DNA of 64,000 nt from Eledone cirrhosa (GCA_964016885.1 OZ024743.1:183210001-183274000), one strand, 5' to 3'. Shown: positions 24,822 to 38,432, counted from the stretch's first letter. The notes: generated by a model from the letters alone, not told the origin. A program made the numbers and translations.

Positions 24822-25316
24822 AATGGAAACTATATTTATAAAACCATATTTATTTCATTATACATATTTCAGGGATACCATATTAAAAATATGGCATGCC
24901 TTCTTCAGATAAAATACAATATATAAGCAGTTTTATAAATAAATTTGACGTACCATAGAATATTGATCAACTTCCATTTAAAAAAGTTGGTTTGGTAGTA
25001 TATATATATATATATATATAAGCAAAGAGTTATTTAATTTGTTGGTTATTCAACAAATTTAATTATAACAGATTCGAAGCACTCTACAAGTTTCTTCTTG
25101 AGTATAATATCAATGATATTAATAAATGGAAACTATCTTTATAAAACCATATTTATTTTATTATATATATTTCAAGGGTACCAAAATTTTGGTATGCTCT
25201 CATCAGATAAAATACAAAAGTTGTTTTATAAATAGTGACATATCCAAAAAACAAGAACTTATATATAATAAAATAAATATGGTTTTATAAAGATAGTTTC
25301 CATTTATCAATACCAT

Positions 25317-25320
<4 letters not shown>
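24822..25320. repeat. Direct plus inverted copies of a ~60-100 bp AT-rich unit
   Basis: aatggaaacta..tataaaaccatatttat at 24822 and 25125 (direct), with an inverted copy at ~25260-25320. Confidence 0.75.
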
Positions 25321-25358
<38 letters not shown>

Positions 25359-25557
25359 TTAAGGATACTATTTATGGTTATGTATATAATAAAACCTTTT
25401 ATGGTTATATATATTTTAAACTCTAAATAGTGAAAGACAGTAATTCATTACCATCTTATTACCAGTAAGATAAATAGCTCAATGTAATAACATTAGTTGT
25501 TTTACAGAGCAGTTATATAGAAATTACATGAATCAAAGTTCAGTTTAAATCATTTAT

Positions 25558-25606
25558 TTGCTTACAATTGTTTCCTCCAAACCGAGGTTTGGATTCTTCG
25601 GAGCAA
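25558..25606 (-). ncRNA. Minimal type I hammerhead-like motif (mirror copy)
   Basis: Exact reverse complement of 26940-26988. Confidence 0.65.
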
Positions 25607-26939
25607 CTATTTAGTGATTTTTTACATACTTGACCTCCTTTTCAACACAAGAGACATATAAAAACATATGTATATATTGACCCACAGTGGGTTGACATCC
25701 ATCATAATAATATAGCATGGTAATTTACATACAAAGGTTACATTCATATTAAAGGACAAAATTAAAGTTAAAATTAAAATTAAAATAAAAATAAAACATT
25801 GGCAGTTTATGAAGATAAAGCAAGAGGAAAGTTTAGAGTAGTCAGTGTATGAAACAATCTCACGTGTGGCATGTACGCGTGTCTTATTTATACAGGATTA
25901 TAGTGCGGCAGATTGTTACATGTAAAAATAAGCAGTTAAAGCAGGCAATCAATAGCATCATGGGGACTGTATTGTTAAAGCATTTTTTACACACACCTGT
26001 ACGATATATAAGCCCGTTTGTAGAGAAACACCAAAAATATCAAAAATATCAAAAATATTACAAATGAGAAGCAAAACAGCACCACTGTCCTCGCACCCAC
26101 CACCACTCACACAATCCAGGAAACGCAATCTATAGACTACATGTCTATCATTCAATCCACGATGATTCAACATTGGGTGCCTGGTGAATCATGATATAAA
26201 TCATATCTTGTCATTCCATAAATTGATTCATAGATCAGGTTGTTTTTGTTGTGAGAGATGACATCTCTTTTGTTGTGAGAGATGTCATCTCTCACAACAA
26301 AAACAACCTGATCTATGAATCAATTTATGGAATGACAAGATATGATTTATATCATGATTCACCAGGCACCCAATGTTGAATCATCGTGGATTGAATGATG
26401 GACATGTAGTCTATAGATTGCGTTTCCTGGATTGTGTGAGTGGTGGTGGGTGCGAGGACAGTGGTGCTGTTTTGCTTCTCATTTGTAATATTTTTGATAT
26501 TTTTGATATTTTTGGTGTTTCTCTACAAACGGGCTTATATATCGTACAGGTGTGTGTAAAAAATGTTTTAACAATACAGTCCCCATGATGCTATTGATTG
26601 CCTGCTTTAACTGCTTATTTTTACATGTAACAATCTGCCGCACTATAATCCTGTATAAATAAGACACGCGTACATGCCACACGTGAGATTGTTTCATACA
26701 CTGACTACTCTAAACTTTCCTCTTGCTTTATCTTCATAAACTGCCAATGTTTTATTTTTATTTTTATTTTAATTTTAACTTTAATTTTGTCCTTTAATAT
26801 GAATGTAACCTTTGTATGTAAATTACCATGCTATATTATTATGATGGATGTCAACCCACTGTGGGTCAATATATACATATGTTTTTATATGTCTCTTGTG
26901 TTGAAAAGGAGGTCAAGTATGTAAAAAATCACTAAATAG

Positions 26940-26988
26940 TTGCTCCGAAGAATCCAAACCTCGGTTTGGAGGAAACAATTGTAAGCAA
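26940..26988 (+). ncRNA. Minimal type I hammerhead-like motif, CCGAAGA core
   Basis: ttgct-CCGAAGA-a tccaaacc tc ggtttgga g-GAAAC-aatt-GTA-agcaa. Stem I ttgct/agcaa, a long stem II hairpin, palindromic stem III, GUA cleavage triplet. Confidence 0.65.
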
Positions 26989-27021
26989 ATAAATGATTTA
27001 AACTGAACTTTGATTCATGTA

Positions 27022-27058
<37 letters not shown>

Positions 27059-27061
<3 letters not shown>

Positions 27062-27451
27062 GGTGCGGACGATATTTGTTCGCAAGATTACTGTCTAGGA
27101 AAAAATAACACAGTAGTTTTATTTTTTAAGATATATTTATCAAACTTGGGTCAGTTTGTCTTCATGACTTGTTCTTTCGATCTCACTCAATAAACCCGCC
27201 ATTGGCTTTGATGACGGCCTCAGGCGGCCTCGGAACCGGCTACAGGCCTTCGTCACTGTCCCCCGACTTAGGCCCCTAAAGGCACTTGTGATCCTGGCCT
27301 TCAGATCGTCTTTCGTATTGCAGCTAGATCTGTTGGTGTCTCATTCCACTGCGCCCCACACAAAGAAGTCGAGGGGGTTGCAGTCAGGCGAGCTGGGAGG
27401 CCAGATGTCAGGTGAAGTGTGGTCGACGAAGTTCTCTGACAGCCAGGCTTG
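27059..27451 (-). mobile_element. Tc1/mariner-superfamily (maT-like) transposase 3' half plus TIR
   Basis: Minus strand reads QAWLSENF...WPPSSPDCNPLDFFVWGAVE*...NTKDDLKARI...ACSRFR. Terminus TA|CAGGGTG at a (TA)n site. Confidence 0.85.
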
Positions 27452-27594
27452 GAATTGAAAGGTTGTGAGTTCAGTTCTCAGACCGGGTGATGTGTTGTTT
27501 CCTTGAGCTGATGTGTTGTTTCCACTTTATTTCACATTGCTCCAGTTTACTCAGCTGTAGAAATGAGATGATAGGGACTGGGTTCCATATCATT

Positions 27595-27765
27595 CCACTA
27601 CAAAGTGGAGGTGCCACGGCAAAAAAGCACCCAGCACTCACTGTAAATGATGTTGGTGTTAGGAAGGGCATCCAGCTGAGGAAATCAAGCCAGAATCAGT
27701 TCCCATCCCACCCTTGCAAGCAATAAAAGCGAACCTAAAATGATGATGATGAAAATGATGATGAT
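27595..27765 (+). mobile_element. RTE 3' UTR remnant
   Basis: ttaggaagggcatccagctg motif and (GAT)n tail. Confidence 0.8.
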
Positions 27766-28569
27766 ATATATATATATATTTATATATGTCAGCTATATAT
27801 ATATAGCTGACACGGAGAAAAGAAATCTTTGAAATAATGTATGTTTTAAGTAAATGAGAGACGGAATATTATAAACTTTATGATCGTCTGCTATTCCAAA
27901 CACCAGAACAGAAAGTAATATCCTGCAAACGTATTCAGAATTTTTGAGGCCCTTCTGATACAATAACAAAACAAATGGAACAAAAGAAATGATAGCCAGA
28001 AAAGTTTATAGAGAACTGTCGAGAAATGTTTGAAAACAGAAAGTAATCAGACGAAATAGCAGTTTAGCAAGATAATTCTATGAGAAATTGTAGAAACTGA
28101 ATTTCATAGCGGTGATAACACAGAAAGTTCAGTTAAGATGTAGAGCAAAATACAAAATCCACCAGCAGGTAATTATATAAAAGAGTATATAAAAGTGGAA
28201 ATTAACATTTCTGTCTGGGATATAAATATTTGTTTACATTTTCGCAAACATCTCAACGATATTCTCAATGGACGCGCTTACAATATTTGAATATAACTGA
28301 ACCGTCGTACCATTTAATTTACACAAACTCACAATTTCTGATTTTACTGTGGATTTACCCATGCGAAATATTACACAAACTCACAGCCTTAAATTTTGTA
28401 CTTCTAACGTTTTTATTTTCCTTCTCTTTGCATGTTCATTGCTCTTTCTCCTCCACTATATTTACCTGCCTCTCACATGACCACACTCCTCTCCACGCAC
28501 TCATAATCTTCTCCCTCCTTCTCCACTTTCTATCCCTCCCTCTGCTCACCCTTACTTCATCCTCACGCA

Positions 28570-31500
28570 CAGCCCACCTATGTCTTCGTTCAACCCGTTG
28601 GTGGCCCGATGTTTCGATCGAACTATCACCGGTAATTGCCGATTGATAAAGTTGCCTCCACTTTAACCTAGTCCACTTTAGGTGGCGGTGGCATGCGTCG
28701 AATGACCAAGAGACCTGCTTGGTGGAACGACTATGTGACAACCTATCAGCCTTCGACCTCTCATTCTCCACCAACTTTGGCATGCACAAGAGGAGCTAAC
28801 TTGTCCCCACCTACCCTCTCCTCCCCTTCACCACAGATTCCGAGCGAATTCAACCCAGCCAACACTACCACCCCTACAACTGTTAGCCCACCACCCAACC
28901 TCCGCTCTAGTCCCACCGTTAGAACCACTGCTGCCTCCTTTACTGACTCACTCCCTCCACCGAATTCCAATGCTGGCCCTCTACTGCCGGCACTAGCCTG
29001 TACTTAAAGACAATTAAATGTCACCTATGCCACGCAAGCTACCACAGAATCTGTGTCGTCATCACCAAAGCTCAAGTCAAAAGGCTTCAATACTGGACCT
29101 GTAATTGGTGCCACTTCAGCTCCAACGTATTGTGTGGGGATGCCCCACGCTTCGATGACCAACTCTCTACCGAAGACTTTGCCACAGCCCTCCAGGGTTT
29201 CTCCAAATCTAAGCTCGTTAACTGGATCCCTAACCGGATCCCTAAGGAAAAACGTTTGCTCGTCCAACAATAGGTCTGACTGGCAGAAATTGTTTTTGTT
29301 TCCCGTCATCTCTCTTCACGTGCACAATGCGAATTCGGGTTCCCTCACGTCCTCTCTCAAGCGGCAGTTCCAGCTGTTTGAGTCCACCCCAACCACATCT
29401 CATCTCAGTTCAACATCGAGCTTGGTGTCCACCAACAGACAACTGGTAGACCTCATGCGAGCAGTCAATGCCAAATTCAGTGAATTTGACATTAAAGGGG
29501 CTGTCCGTCTTCTCTCTTCTCTGTCCTCCCCTGCTCCGTGCAACTCTGATTCTCTTGAGCGACTGAAAGTGAAGCACCCTTCGGCACCCCCAGATGATCA
29601 GCTACACTGGCCCGAACCACCAGAAAACTCGAGACCGGTTTACACCACCAATATCATCAGAAAGGCGATTTCATCCTTCCCCGCTGGGTCAGGTGCGGGA
29701 ATTGATGGTCTTGGTCATCAACACCTCAAGGATGGTATCTCCTTATCAGCCGGTGACACCAGACTCGAGCTCTTGGAGAGTCTGACTCAGTTTGTGAATC
29801 AGTTCTCTTCAGTGAACGTTCTCCCGTTCATCCGCCCACTGTTCTTTGGTGCAAAGCTATTTGGTTTCTCCAAGCCCAACGGAGATCTGCGCCCCATTGC
29901 GGTTGGCTGCACCCTTTGCCGTCTCACTGCAAAGGCGTGTTTGCTGTTTGTCTCTACTCACTGGCGGAGGAATTCTCTCCCATCCAGCTTGGGGTGGGTA
30001 CCAAGTTGGGATGTGAGGCTGCTGTCCACGCTACCAGAGCATTTACCAACTTGCCCTCCTTGTCCCCCAAGGTCATCCTCAAACTTGACCTCAGGAACGC
30101 CTTTAACTCCATCATCCGCGACGTCGTCCTCAGCTCAGTAAGAGAGAGGATCCCACAACTCTATCACTTTGCTTGGCAGGCTTCCTACCTCTCTTTCGGT
30201 AACCAAATCATCACCTCTGCCTCAGGAGTCCAACAGGGTGACCAACTCGGGCCCGTTCTGTTTGCACTGGGCATTGATGACATCACCAAGATGGGGGTTG
30301 AGTTGGACCTCAATGTTTGGTACCTCAACGATGCCTGTTTGGGGGGAACTCCGGATATAGTTCTCGCCACTGCCAACAAGATGGTTAAGGAGCTTGGCCG
30401 CCGGGGTCTCCAGGTCAATAGCTCCAAATGTGAGCTCTGGATCCTCAACCACCCAGTTTCTCAACACCAACAGCTAATCGACCTGTTTGCAGAGTCCTTC
30501 CCTTCCATCGTGGTCCCTCCCTCGTCGCTTTGGTGCTCCTTAGGAGCCCCAATCACAGACCTTGCCTTCGAGTCTATCTTCCAATCGAAGATGGTTGGCC
30601 TTGAGCAGCTGCTGAAGAATATTGAGGTTATTGAACCCCATCAAGGTTTCTTCATACTCAGGAACTATCTATCTATTCCTAAGCTTCTGTATCTGCTCAG
30701 AGTCAGCCCCTCTCACAGATTTTTGTCCTGCCTCCAATGCTTCGACGACCTAATCTTCGAGAGACTTGAGTGCCTGGTCAATGTTAGACTCTCTCCAGAG
30801 TCCTGCAATCAGGCTGCATTGCTCAAGTGATTTGGGGGTCTTGGTCTTCATAAGTGTACGTCCTTCTCTCTCCCCTGCTTCCTTTCCTCCACCTACGCTT
30901 GCTCCACCCTGGTGAGCAGCATCCTCTCCTCTCCAGCATGGACTAATTCCAACAGGGAGTTGGGTGAAGCTCTCCAGTAATGGAGTGAGTTGGGCTTGTC
31001 TCTTCCTGAGAAGGTGGAGGACAGTCGAAGTCAGAGAACTTGGGACAGCATAAGTTCGAGGGCCACCTTCGACTCCCTCTTCATCCAGTAGATCAGTTTG
31101 CAAGATGCCGCTTACTATCTGCCAGCGCCAAATACTCAGGTGACTGGGTTGATGCCCTACCCGTGGCCAACGTTGGTGGCCTACTCAGCCTGGACGAACT
31201 TTGTGTCTTCATCGCCCTCAGAGTGGGTGCTGATGTCTGCATGGGTTTAAGGTGCCCATGCGGCAAACTCCTCGACTCCACAGGTCTCCACGGTGTTTCT
31301 TGCCACCTGAATACCGGCCGCTTCGCACGTCACACAGAGCTAAACCTCATCCTCAAGAGAGCTTTGGCCCGGGCAAACATCCCCTCAGTCTTGGAACCAT
31401 CTGGGTTGTCCAGAAGTGACGGCAAAAGACCTGACAGCCTTACCCTGTGCCCCTGGTCTGGTCGAGAGGCAGGTGCTTTGTCTGGGACGTCACTGTTAGT

Positions 31501-32117
31501 GACTCTTTTGCTCTCTCCCACATCCTGGATGCTGCGGTTAGGACGAGAGCCACAGCTTCCACAGCCAAGCGAAGTAAGACCCTCAAATACTCTGATCTGT
31601 CGGCCAGCTACCTTTTTCAGCCTGTGGCTTTCGAGAGGTTTGGGGGAGTCGGGCCACTGACTGCGAGGTTCCTCTCTTCACTGGCGGCTCACCTAATAGA
31701 GGTAACTGGTGAATCTTGCGAGGACACTTGGCTGTTCCAGCGCATTAGCCTCGCCATCACTCGAGGCAACGCTGCGAGTGTGCTGGCTTGCCTCAAAAGT
31801 CATTAGAGAGATCGCCCAGTACCCCTCGCTGCAGTCTTTTGTTCTGGTGTTGGCTCAGTTGTTCCCCCTTCCTTTACATTTTCTTTACTGTTTTAAATGA
31901 GGATTTGTTTGTTTGTTTATTTTAGTACTGTTTGGTATTCCTTAAGTTTCCACACAGTTTTTTTTCCTCACTTCTTTTATTTAAATATTGCCTTTCTCCC
32001 TTCCCTTCCCCTAAACCTTTTCCTTACTTTTGTTATTTAATTTTTTTCCCTCTTTCTTTTTCTTTTTGTTATTGCAAACATTATATAACTGAATTGAAAT
32101 TTGTTGAATAAATAAAA
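28570..32117 (+). mobile_element. CRE-like non-LTR retrotransposon (RT plus restriction-like endonuclease), frameshifted
   Basis: LRPIAVG, QLGVG..GCEAAVHA, KLDLRNAFNS, GVQQGD.LGP.LF and WYLND (catalytic D>N). Cys knuckle CPCG..GLHGVSC, RHTELN, GKRPD, WDVTVSD, FQPVAFE, FQRISLAITRGNA. T-rich 3' UTR with aataaa. Confidence 0.9.
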
Positions 32118-32289
32118 GTCGTAATTCCTAAGTATAAAAAAACCTTAGTGGGGCTCAATAGCCTCGAGGTTTTTTTAAAAGTTGCTCAAGATTAACCAAC
32201 TTAAATCGAAAGATGGGACTTAAAGGCTTGGTCAGTAATTGGGGTTCCAAGGGAGCACCACGCTGATGAGGGAGGAACTGTGATGGAGA

Positions 32290-33480
32290 GGAAGGACTCT
32301 GTGAATAGGTTAACAGTCTGCAGATGTGAAACTGGGTGGTTGAGTGGCCAAAGCTCACATTTGGAACTGTTGATGTGAAGGCCCCTATGACTCAGTTCCT
32401 CAACATCATCTTTGTGGTTGTAAGGACCTTATCTGGAGGTCCCCCACTCCCAAACAAGCATCATCCAGATACCAAACATTCAAATCCAGGTCAGCTCCCA
32501 TCTTGGTGACATCCTTAATGCCCAGTGCAAAAAGAACAGGTCTAAGCAGTTCAACCTGTTGGTCCCCTGAAGCAGATGGGTTGAAATGGTCACCAAAGGA
32601 GAGGTAGGAGAACTCACGATAGGCTTGCCAAGCAAAGTGGTAAAGCTGTGGAACGCTCTCCTTTACTCAATGAAGGATGACATCCCGACTGATGGAATTG
32701 AAAGCATTCCCGAGGTCTAGATTGAGGATAACCTTGGGGGTTTCTGAAGGCAAGTTGGTAAATGTTCTGGTGACTTGAGTGGCAACCTCACAGCCCAGCT
32801 TGGTACCCACCCCAAGCTGAATAGGGGAAAATTCAGTGGACAGGCGATCTGAAATTGAAGACAGACATACTTTTGCAGTGTGCACCCAACTGCTATGGGG
32901 TGGAGGTCACTAGAGAGCAGGGAGAGAATGTAAGATAGGACACTCTCAGATGAGAACATGTTAACAAACTGGGTTAGGTTATCCAAGAGCTCAAGGCCGG
33001 CATCACTGGCCAACAGTGATATACCATCCTTGAGATGTTGAGGTCGTAGACCATCAATCCCTGCACCAGAACCTGCAGAAAAGGATGCCTTCCTGATTTT
33101 ATCTGGGGTGAAGACAGGTTGTAAATAACCTGGTGGATCGGGCCAGAGAATGTTTCCCCATCAGTCGATTGAGGGAAATTGTAGTGCACTGGGTGAAGGA
33201 AGACAGAGAGGAGAGGAGGCGAACAGTCTCTTTCAGGTCAAATTAATTGAATTTGTCATTGACGGCCTTCTTTAAGTTCAGTGATCATCCATTGTTTGGA
33301 ATTGAGTTGATTACCGACCTGAGATGAGCAGTAGTTTGGGTTGAATCAAACAGCTTGAACTACCATTTTAGGGAAGGTTTCATATTGGACATGTGGAGAG
33401 AGACTAGGGGTTACAAGAATAGTTTCTGCCATTCTGAGATGTCATTGGATAGGCAGACATTCTTGGAGAGAGCAATAAGG
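32290..33480 (-). mobile_element. Second, more decayed CRE-like RT fragment
   Basis: LHPIAVGCTL and FSPIQLGVGTKLGCE..KVILNLDLGNAFNSISRD, homologous to ~29250-30480. Confidence 0.85.
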
Positions 33481-33639
33481 TCTGTTTTGATTATATACAG
33501 TTACAACCGTTTCACAGATGGGTGGCTCAAGATCTATATAAATGCTATATCTGTGGAACGGTCATAACTGTATAATCAATAAAGACCTTAATGTGAAACC
33601 TCGCTTTATTTTCAATATATGTATATATATACAAAAAAT

Positions 33640-33910
33640 ACCCAGCCCACACAGCAAAGTGGTTGTGTTGGCAACATGGCAAAAGTGTCCAGCCCACACT
33701 GTAAAGTGGTTGTGTAGGTGTCATGACAAAAAGCACCCAGCCCACGCTGTAAATGTGGTTGACATTAGGAAGGGCATCCAGCTGTAGAAACCAAGTCAGA
33801 AACAGTTCTGTATGAGCAATACATGGTCACCTGACCTGACTTGTCTCACAGCAGGACAACACATTTAACCCATGCTAGCATGGAAAAATGAACGTTAAAC
33901 AGTGATGATG

Positions 33911-33915
<5 letters not shown>
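33640..33915 (+). mobile_element. RTE 3' UTR
   Basis: cagcccacactgtaaagtgg subrepeats and (GAT)n tail. Confidence 0.85.
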
Positions 33916-33949
<34 letters not shown>

Positions 33950-34179
33950 CAAAGGTAAAACTATATACAAAGGAAAGTAGAGAATTATATATGATAGTTT
34001 ATAATTGCCACTTTTCATCAGAATTAGCTCAATGTGTTTATATAACATATATCAATGCCTGTGTATAGATATTTATGGAAACTGTTTCATATCATTTCAA
34101 ATAATTGGAAGTAACATTAATTGATAACATGCATAGCTTGGAAATCAACCTAATGATTTACCAAATACATATAGTGATC

Positions 34180-34948
34180 CAAATTGATGAAAGCTATGGA
34201 GTAGGTAGACCTAGAAAAACCTGGGATGAGTTGATAAAAACTGATCTTCCACACTTACACCTCTCCAAGACAATGTCACTGGATCGAGATCTTTGGCGCT
34301 ATGCAGTAATACAGAAAACCCACCTTCCCTAATGTACGAACTTAAACCTACAGTCAGTAGGCACCTCTTAACCCAATATACACCCCACCTCATCCTCCAT
34401 CCTCCCACTTCCACCCACACCACTCTTTCTCTGTAAAGTTATGTTGGTACCACAGAACATCCAGCCCACACTGTAAAGTGGTTATGTAGGTGTCATGACA
34501 AAAAGCACTTAGTCCACACTGTAAAATGGTCGGGTAGGACAGGCATGTCAAACATGCAGCCCTTTACAAGCACACCTGCGGCCTGCACAAAGGTCTTTAC
34601 AGAGCGACCATGTTTTATCTTTGTAATATAAAATGAAAAAAAAATAGTTGTAATGTGTGCAATTAGTTGTGTGTGGCCCTGAGACAACACATATGTGACC
34701 CATGTGGCTCTCAGGGCGCCTTCAGTTTGACATGCCTGGTGTAGGAGACACGGTATAAAAGCTCCCAGTCCACACTGTAAATGTGGTTGGCATTAGGAAT
34801 GGCATCTAGCTATAGAAAACCACCCAGAAACAGTTCTATACGAGCGAGACATGGTCACCCGACCAATCTTGCCTGAAGTGGGACAAACCCGTGTTAGTGT
34901 GGAAGATAGACGTTAAACGATGATAATGATGATGATGATGATGATGAC
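34180..34948 (+). mobile_element. RTE 3' end interrupted by a MITE
   Basis: [14 protein letters not shown]...DRDLWRYAV followed by UTR and (GAT)n tail. Confidence 0.85.
34540..34738. mobile_element. 199-bp hAT (Buster/Charlie-type) MITE
   Basis: 14-bp TIR caggcatgtcaaac/gtttgacatgcctg. 8-bp TSD gggtagga/gtgtagga (NNNTANNN). Confidence 0.9.
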
Positions 34949-35202
34949 ATCAAGGGCGGTGGAAGCATTTGGCAGGGCCAAATTTGGACAATTTAGTTGT
35001 AATGATTAGTTTAGCTGTTATTATCAAATATTAACCAAGATATAAAAAACTTTGATATGTGATAAACATAACATGTACATAAATTGTAGCAAATAGATGC
35101 ATGTTTTACGGTAGTTTGGACAGAAAAATATAATCCTCCCTCCCAGTTCTACCAGCCCTATACATGTGTAAATGTGTATATGTGTGTCTATATATATATA
35201 TG

Positions 35203-35335
35203 TTTCCAAAAGTCATGGGAGCTGTACTGTTTTCGGATTTTGTAAGCAAGTCCATGACATATGGAATTCAAAATGATGCTCAGGGTTGTTGTTGGAAAAT
35301 TGGTTAATAATTTTGTGGGTGTCAACTGAGATTGT
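35203..35335 (-). mobile_element. CR1 ORF2 C-terminal fragment
   Basis: HGLAYKIRKQYSSHDFWKH matches 41870-41930. Confidence 0.75.
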
Positions 35336-36276
35336 ATGTAAGTGATATGAAAAGACCCATAGGCTGTCTGGGAGGTCAGTAATCCCACTTCAGTATTGAC
35401 TTGGTCTATGTAGACCAAAGGTTCTCAACCCATTTCGGCCAAATGCCCCCTTTTGCCCCTCGAAATTACGAAACGCCCTCCTACCCTATTTTTCCATTTT
35501 TCAATATACTACTGATTTTGATATCAGTAGATTACTGGGCCAAATCAAGTTATCTTAGAATCTTTAAAAAATACTCATACAAATTAAATACAAAAAGGTT
35601 TCAGTCCAAAACAAAAGCAAGCTATTTCAAATTCTATATTTCACTGTTAGCTGTTGTAATATTTTGAGTGGCTAGACAATTGAATCTGTAAAGTCAAAAT
35701 ACAAAAGATGCAAAATATGAAGAATTTCTTACCTTTCTTTGAAATCACAAAATCAGGGGAAAAATAGTACCTTGCAAAATAATACACCTCGTAGCAAAAT
35801 AAAATACTTAGTAGCAAGGAATGAATTGAGAAGCTTGGTGACTGAGAAAGCAATATCTGTATCCCTTATATATATATACATAGATAGATATACACACACA
35901 CATACGCACACACACATAAATGCATACGCGCACGCGTACACACACACATACATACACACACACGAACTTGTGTGTATATTATACACACACACAAACTTGG
36001 TTTTGGTACAGAAAGAATTTTGTCTCCAGTTTTTATTGCCAGGTCAAAAAGCACTGCTCTTTTCAACAACACCAAATAACAATGCCATATATATATATAT
36101 ATATATAAATGAAGAGAGAAAGAGGGGGGGGGGGCAGGGAGAGTAAGAAATATGTGTCTGTGTGTTTGGTAAACGTCTATCTATCTATCTATCTCCAAAA
36201 GGGGCTCAAACATGGTAGACCAAACTGAAAAAAGAAAATATATGTGTGTGTGTGTATAATATATATATACATATAT

Positions 36277-38432
36277 CATCATCATCATCATCATCATCAT
36301 TTTACGTCCGCTTTTCCCTGCTTGCAAGGGTGGGACGGGTCTTATTCATCCTCCATGCGCATCACATGTCCATACCACCTCAGTCTCCTCTCCCGTACAC
36401 TACATTCTATCCCTCTCAGACACAGTTTCTCTCTCAACACATTTATGCTGGGTCGTTCACGCACATTTACACTGCACATCCAACGGAACATGCTTGCCTC
36501 ATTTCTCTCCAGCCGTCGCATATCCTCTGCAGTTGCTGCCCATGTCTCACTACCATGCAGCATCGCGCTCCTCACACAGGCATCATACAACCGGCCTTTC
36601 GTACGCAGGGAGAAACCCTTCTTCGTCAACAGAGGAAGCAGCTCCCTAAACTTCTTCCAACCCGTCCTTATTCTAGATACTATGGCCTCGGAACACCCTC
36701 CTCCCATGCTAATCTGATCTCCTAGGTACTGGAAGCTATCCACCACTTCTATAGCGCCTTCCTGCATTTGAAAAATGTGTCTATCAATGCGACTTCTACT
36801 GTCTAATTTCCCTGTACATCTACTGCATACATATTTCTCCCTACCTGTTAGTTTGCCTGCTATCCCGTTACATCTCTTGTGTACCCAGGATCTGCATTGT
36901 GTGCATTTTATAGAATTTATGCCAGTTCCTTTTCTGCATATCGAACATGGCCATTTCCCTGACGGAATCAGGGTTTTGTCCTCTTTTCTACTCATCAACA
37001 CTTTTGTCTTAGCTAGGTTCACTCTCAGTCCTCTTGCTTCCAACTGCTGTTTCCATAGCCAGAATTTATTCTCTAGCTCCTCTACTGATTCTGCTATAAG
37101 AACCAGATCGTCAACATAGAGAAGTTCCCATGGACAGCCAGTCTTAAACTCCTCTGTTATGGCTTGGAGGACTATAATGAACAAGAGCAGGCTGAGGACC
37201 GAACCCTGATGTACTCCTACTTGTATCTGGAATTCCTCACTAAACTCCATTCCTACCCTGACTTTACTGAGAGTACCTCTGTACAAAGTTTTCACTGTCC
37301 TCACAAGCCATTCCTCAACACCTAGCTTCCTTAGGGATCACCAGATGACAGATCGGGGTACCCTATCAAAGGCCTTCTCTAGGTCAACAAAGGCTATGTA
37401 TAGTGGCTTATTTTTTCTAAGAACCTCTCTTGCAATTGTCTCACTAAGAAGAGGGCATCTGTTGTACTCTTCCCAGGCACAAAACCAAACTGCATCTCAT
37501 TTAGTTTGACCCTTTCTCTAATTAGTTGTGCTAATATCCTTTCTGCCACTTTCATAACCTGATCTATCAGTTTTATACCCCTATAATTGCTCCTCTCCAG
37601 AGCATCCCCTTTACCTTTGTAGCAATTTATGAGAATACTGCTGCACCAGTCTTTGGGTATGACACCACCATATATAGCCTGATTGATGATGCGTGCAACC
37701 AGTTTAGTGCCTACGTCCCCTGATGCCTTCAGCATCTCAGCAACTATTCCCGATGGTCCAGCAGCCTTACCATTTTTCATTTCCCTAATCGCCTCTTGGA
37801 CCCTATATTCGTCTATCTCAATAGCTGGTCCCTCTGTCGGATCTACTGAGGGTAATTTCTCTCTCTTCCATTCATTCTCCACATTCATCAGTCTCTCATA
37901 ATGACATTTCCAAGCCTCCTTTTTCTCATCATTCGTGACACTAAGTACACCAGCATCATCCCGGACACATTTATCTCCAACAACATCCTGATTTGCATTA
38001 ACACACTGCCTTGCAATGTGGAACACCGCACGCCTCTGATCTTCCCATTGCAGAACATTGGCAAACCTCCTACTCTCCGCCTCCCTGCGTGCTAAGTACA
38101 CCTGATGTCTAGCTTCTCTCTTAGTGGCTGTATATTCTTCCCTACTCCCACCCTTTTTCCAAGCCTTCCATGCTAGTCTTTTTTCTCTAATGGCCTTATC
38201 TACTGTGCTGTTCCACCACCAGGTCACTCTCTGTCTGGTTGGAGCTCTGCTCCAGCCACAAGTTTCCTCAGTAGCCTGCAGAAAGTTGTCACGTAAGAAA
38301 TTCCAGTTATTATCTATGTCATACGTCTCTAAATCGTCTTCTTTTTCGTCATATACATCTTGAAGGGCTTTCCTAAATTTGTATTTTAGTGAAAGGTCTT
38401 TTAGCTTCCAGACCTTTCTTCTCCACACCTTC
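36277..38432 (-). mobile_element. 5'-truncated RTE LINE (subfamily C), frameshifted, with 3' deletion
   Basis: ORFs 37394-38428 and 36342-37304 carry RT motifs (QFGF, GVHQGS, LYVDD). The ORF jumps from MRMEDE straight to the terminal UTR and (GAT)n. Confidence 0.93.

Larger units (their letters stand above)
25514..27032. mobile_element. 1.5-kb fold-back palindrome (~755-bp arms, 9-nt spacer), probable Penelope-type inverted pLTR
   Basis: Arms are reverse complements with about 3 mismatches seen by eye. Spacer 26269-26277. A hammerhead-like motif lies ~45 bp from each outer end, and the right end runs into (TA)n. Confidence 0.8.

Noticed and set aside
25849-26697. Duplicated 71-72 aa ORFs on opposite strands
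   Set aside because: They are mirror products of the palindrome with no recognisable domain.
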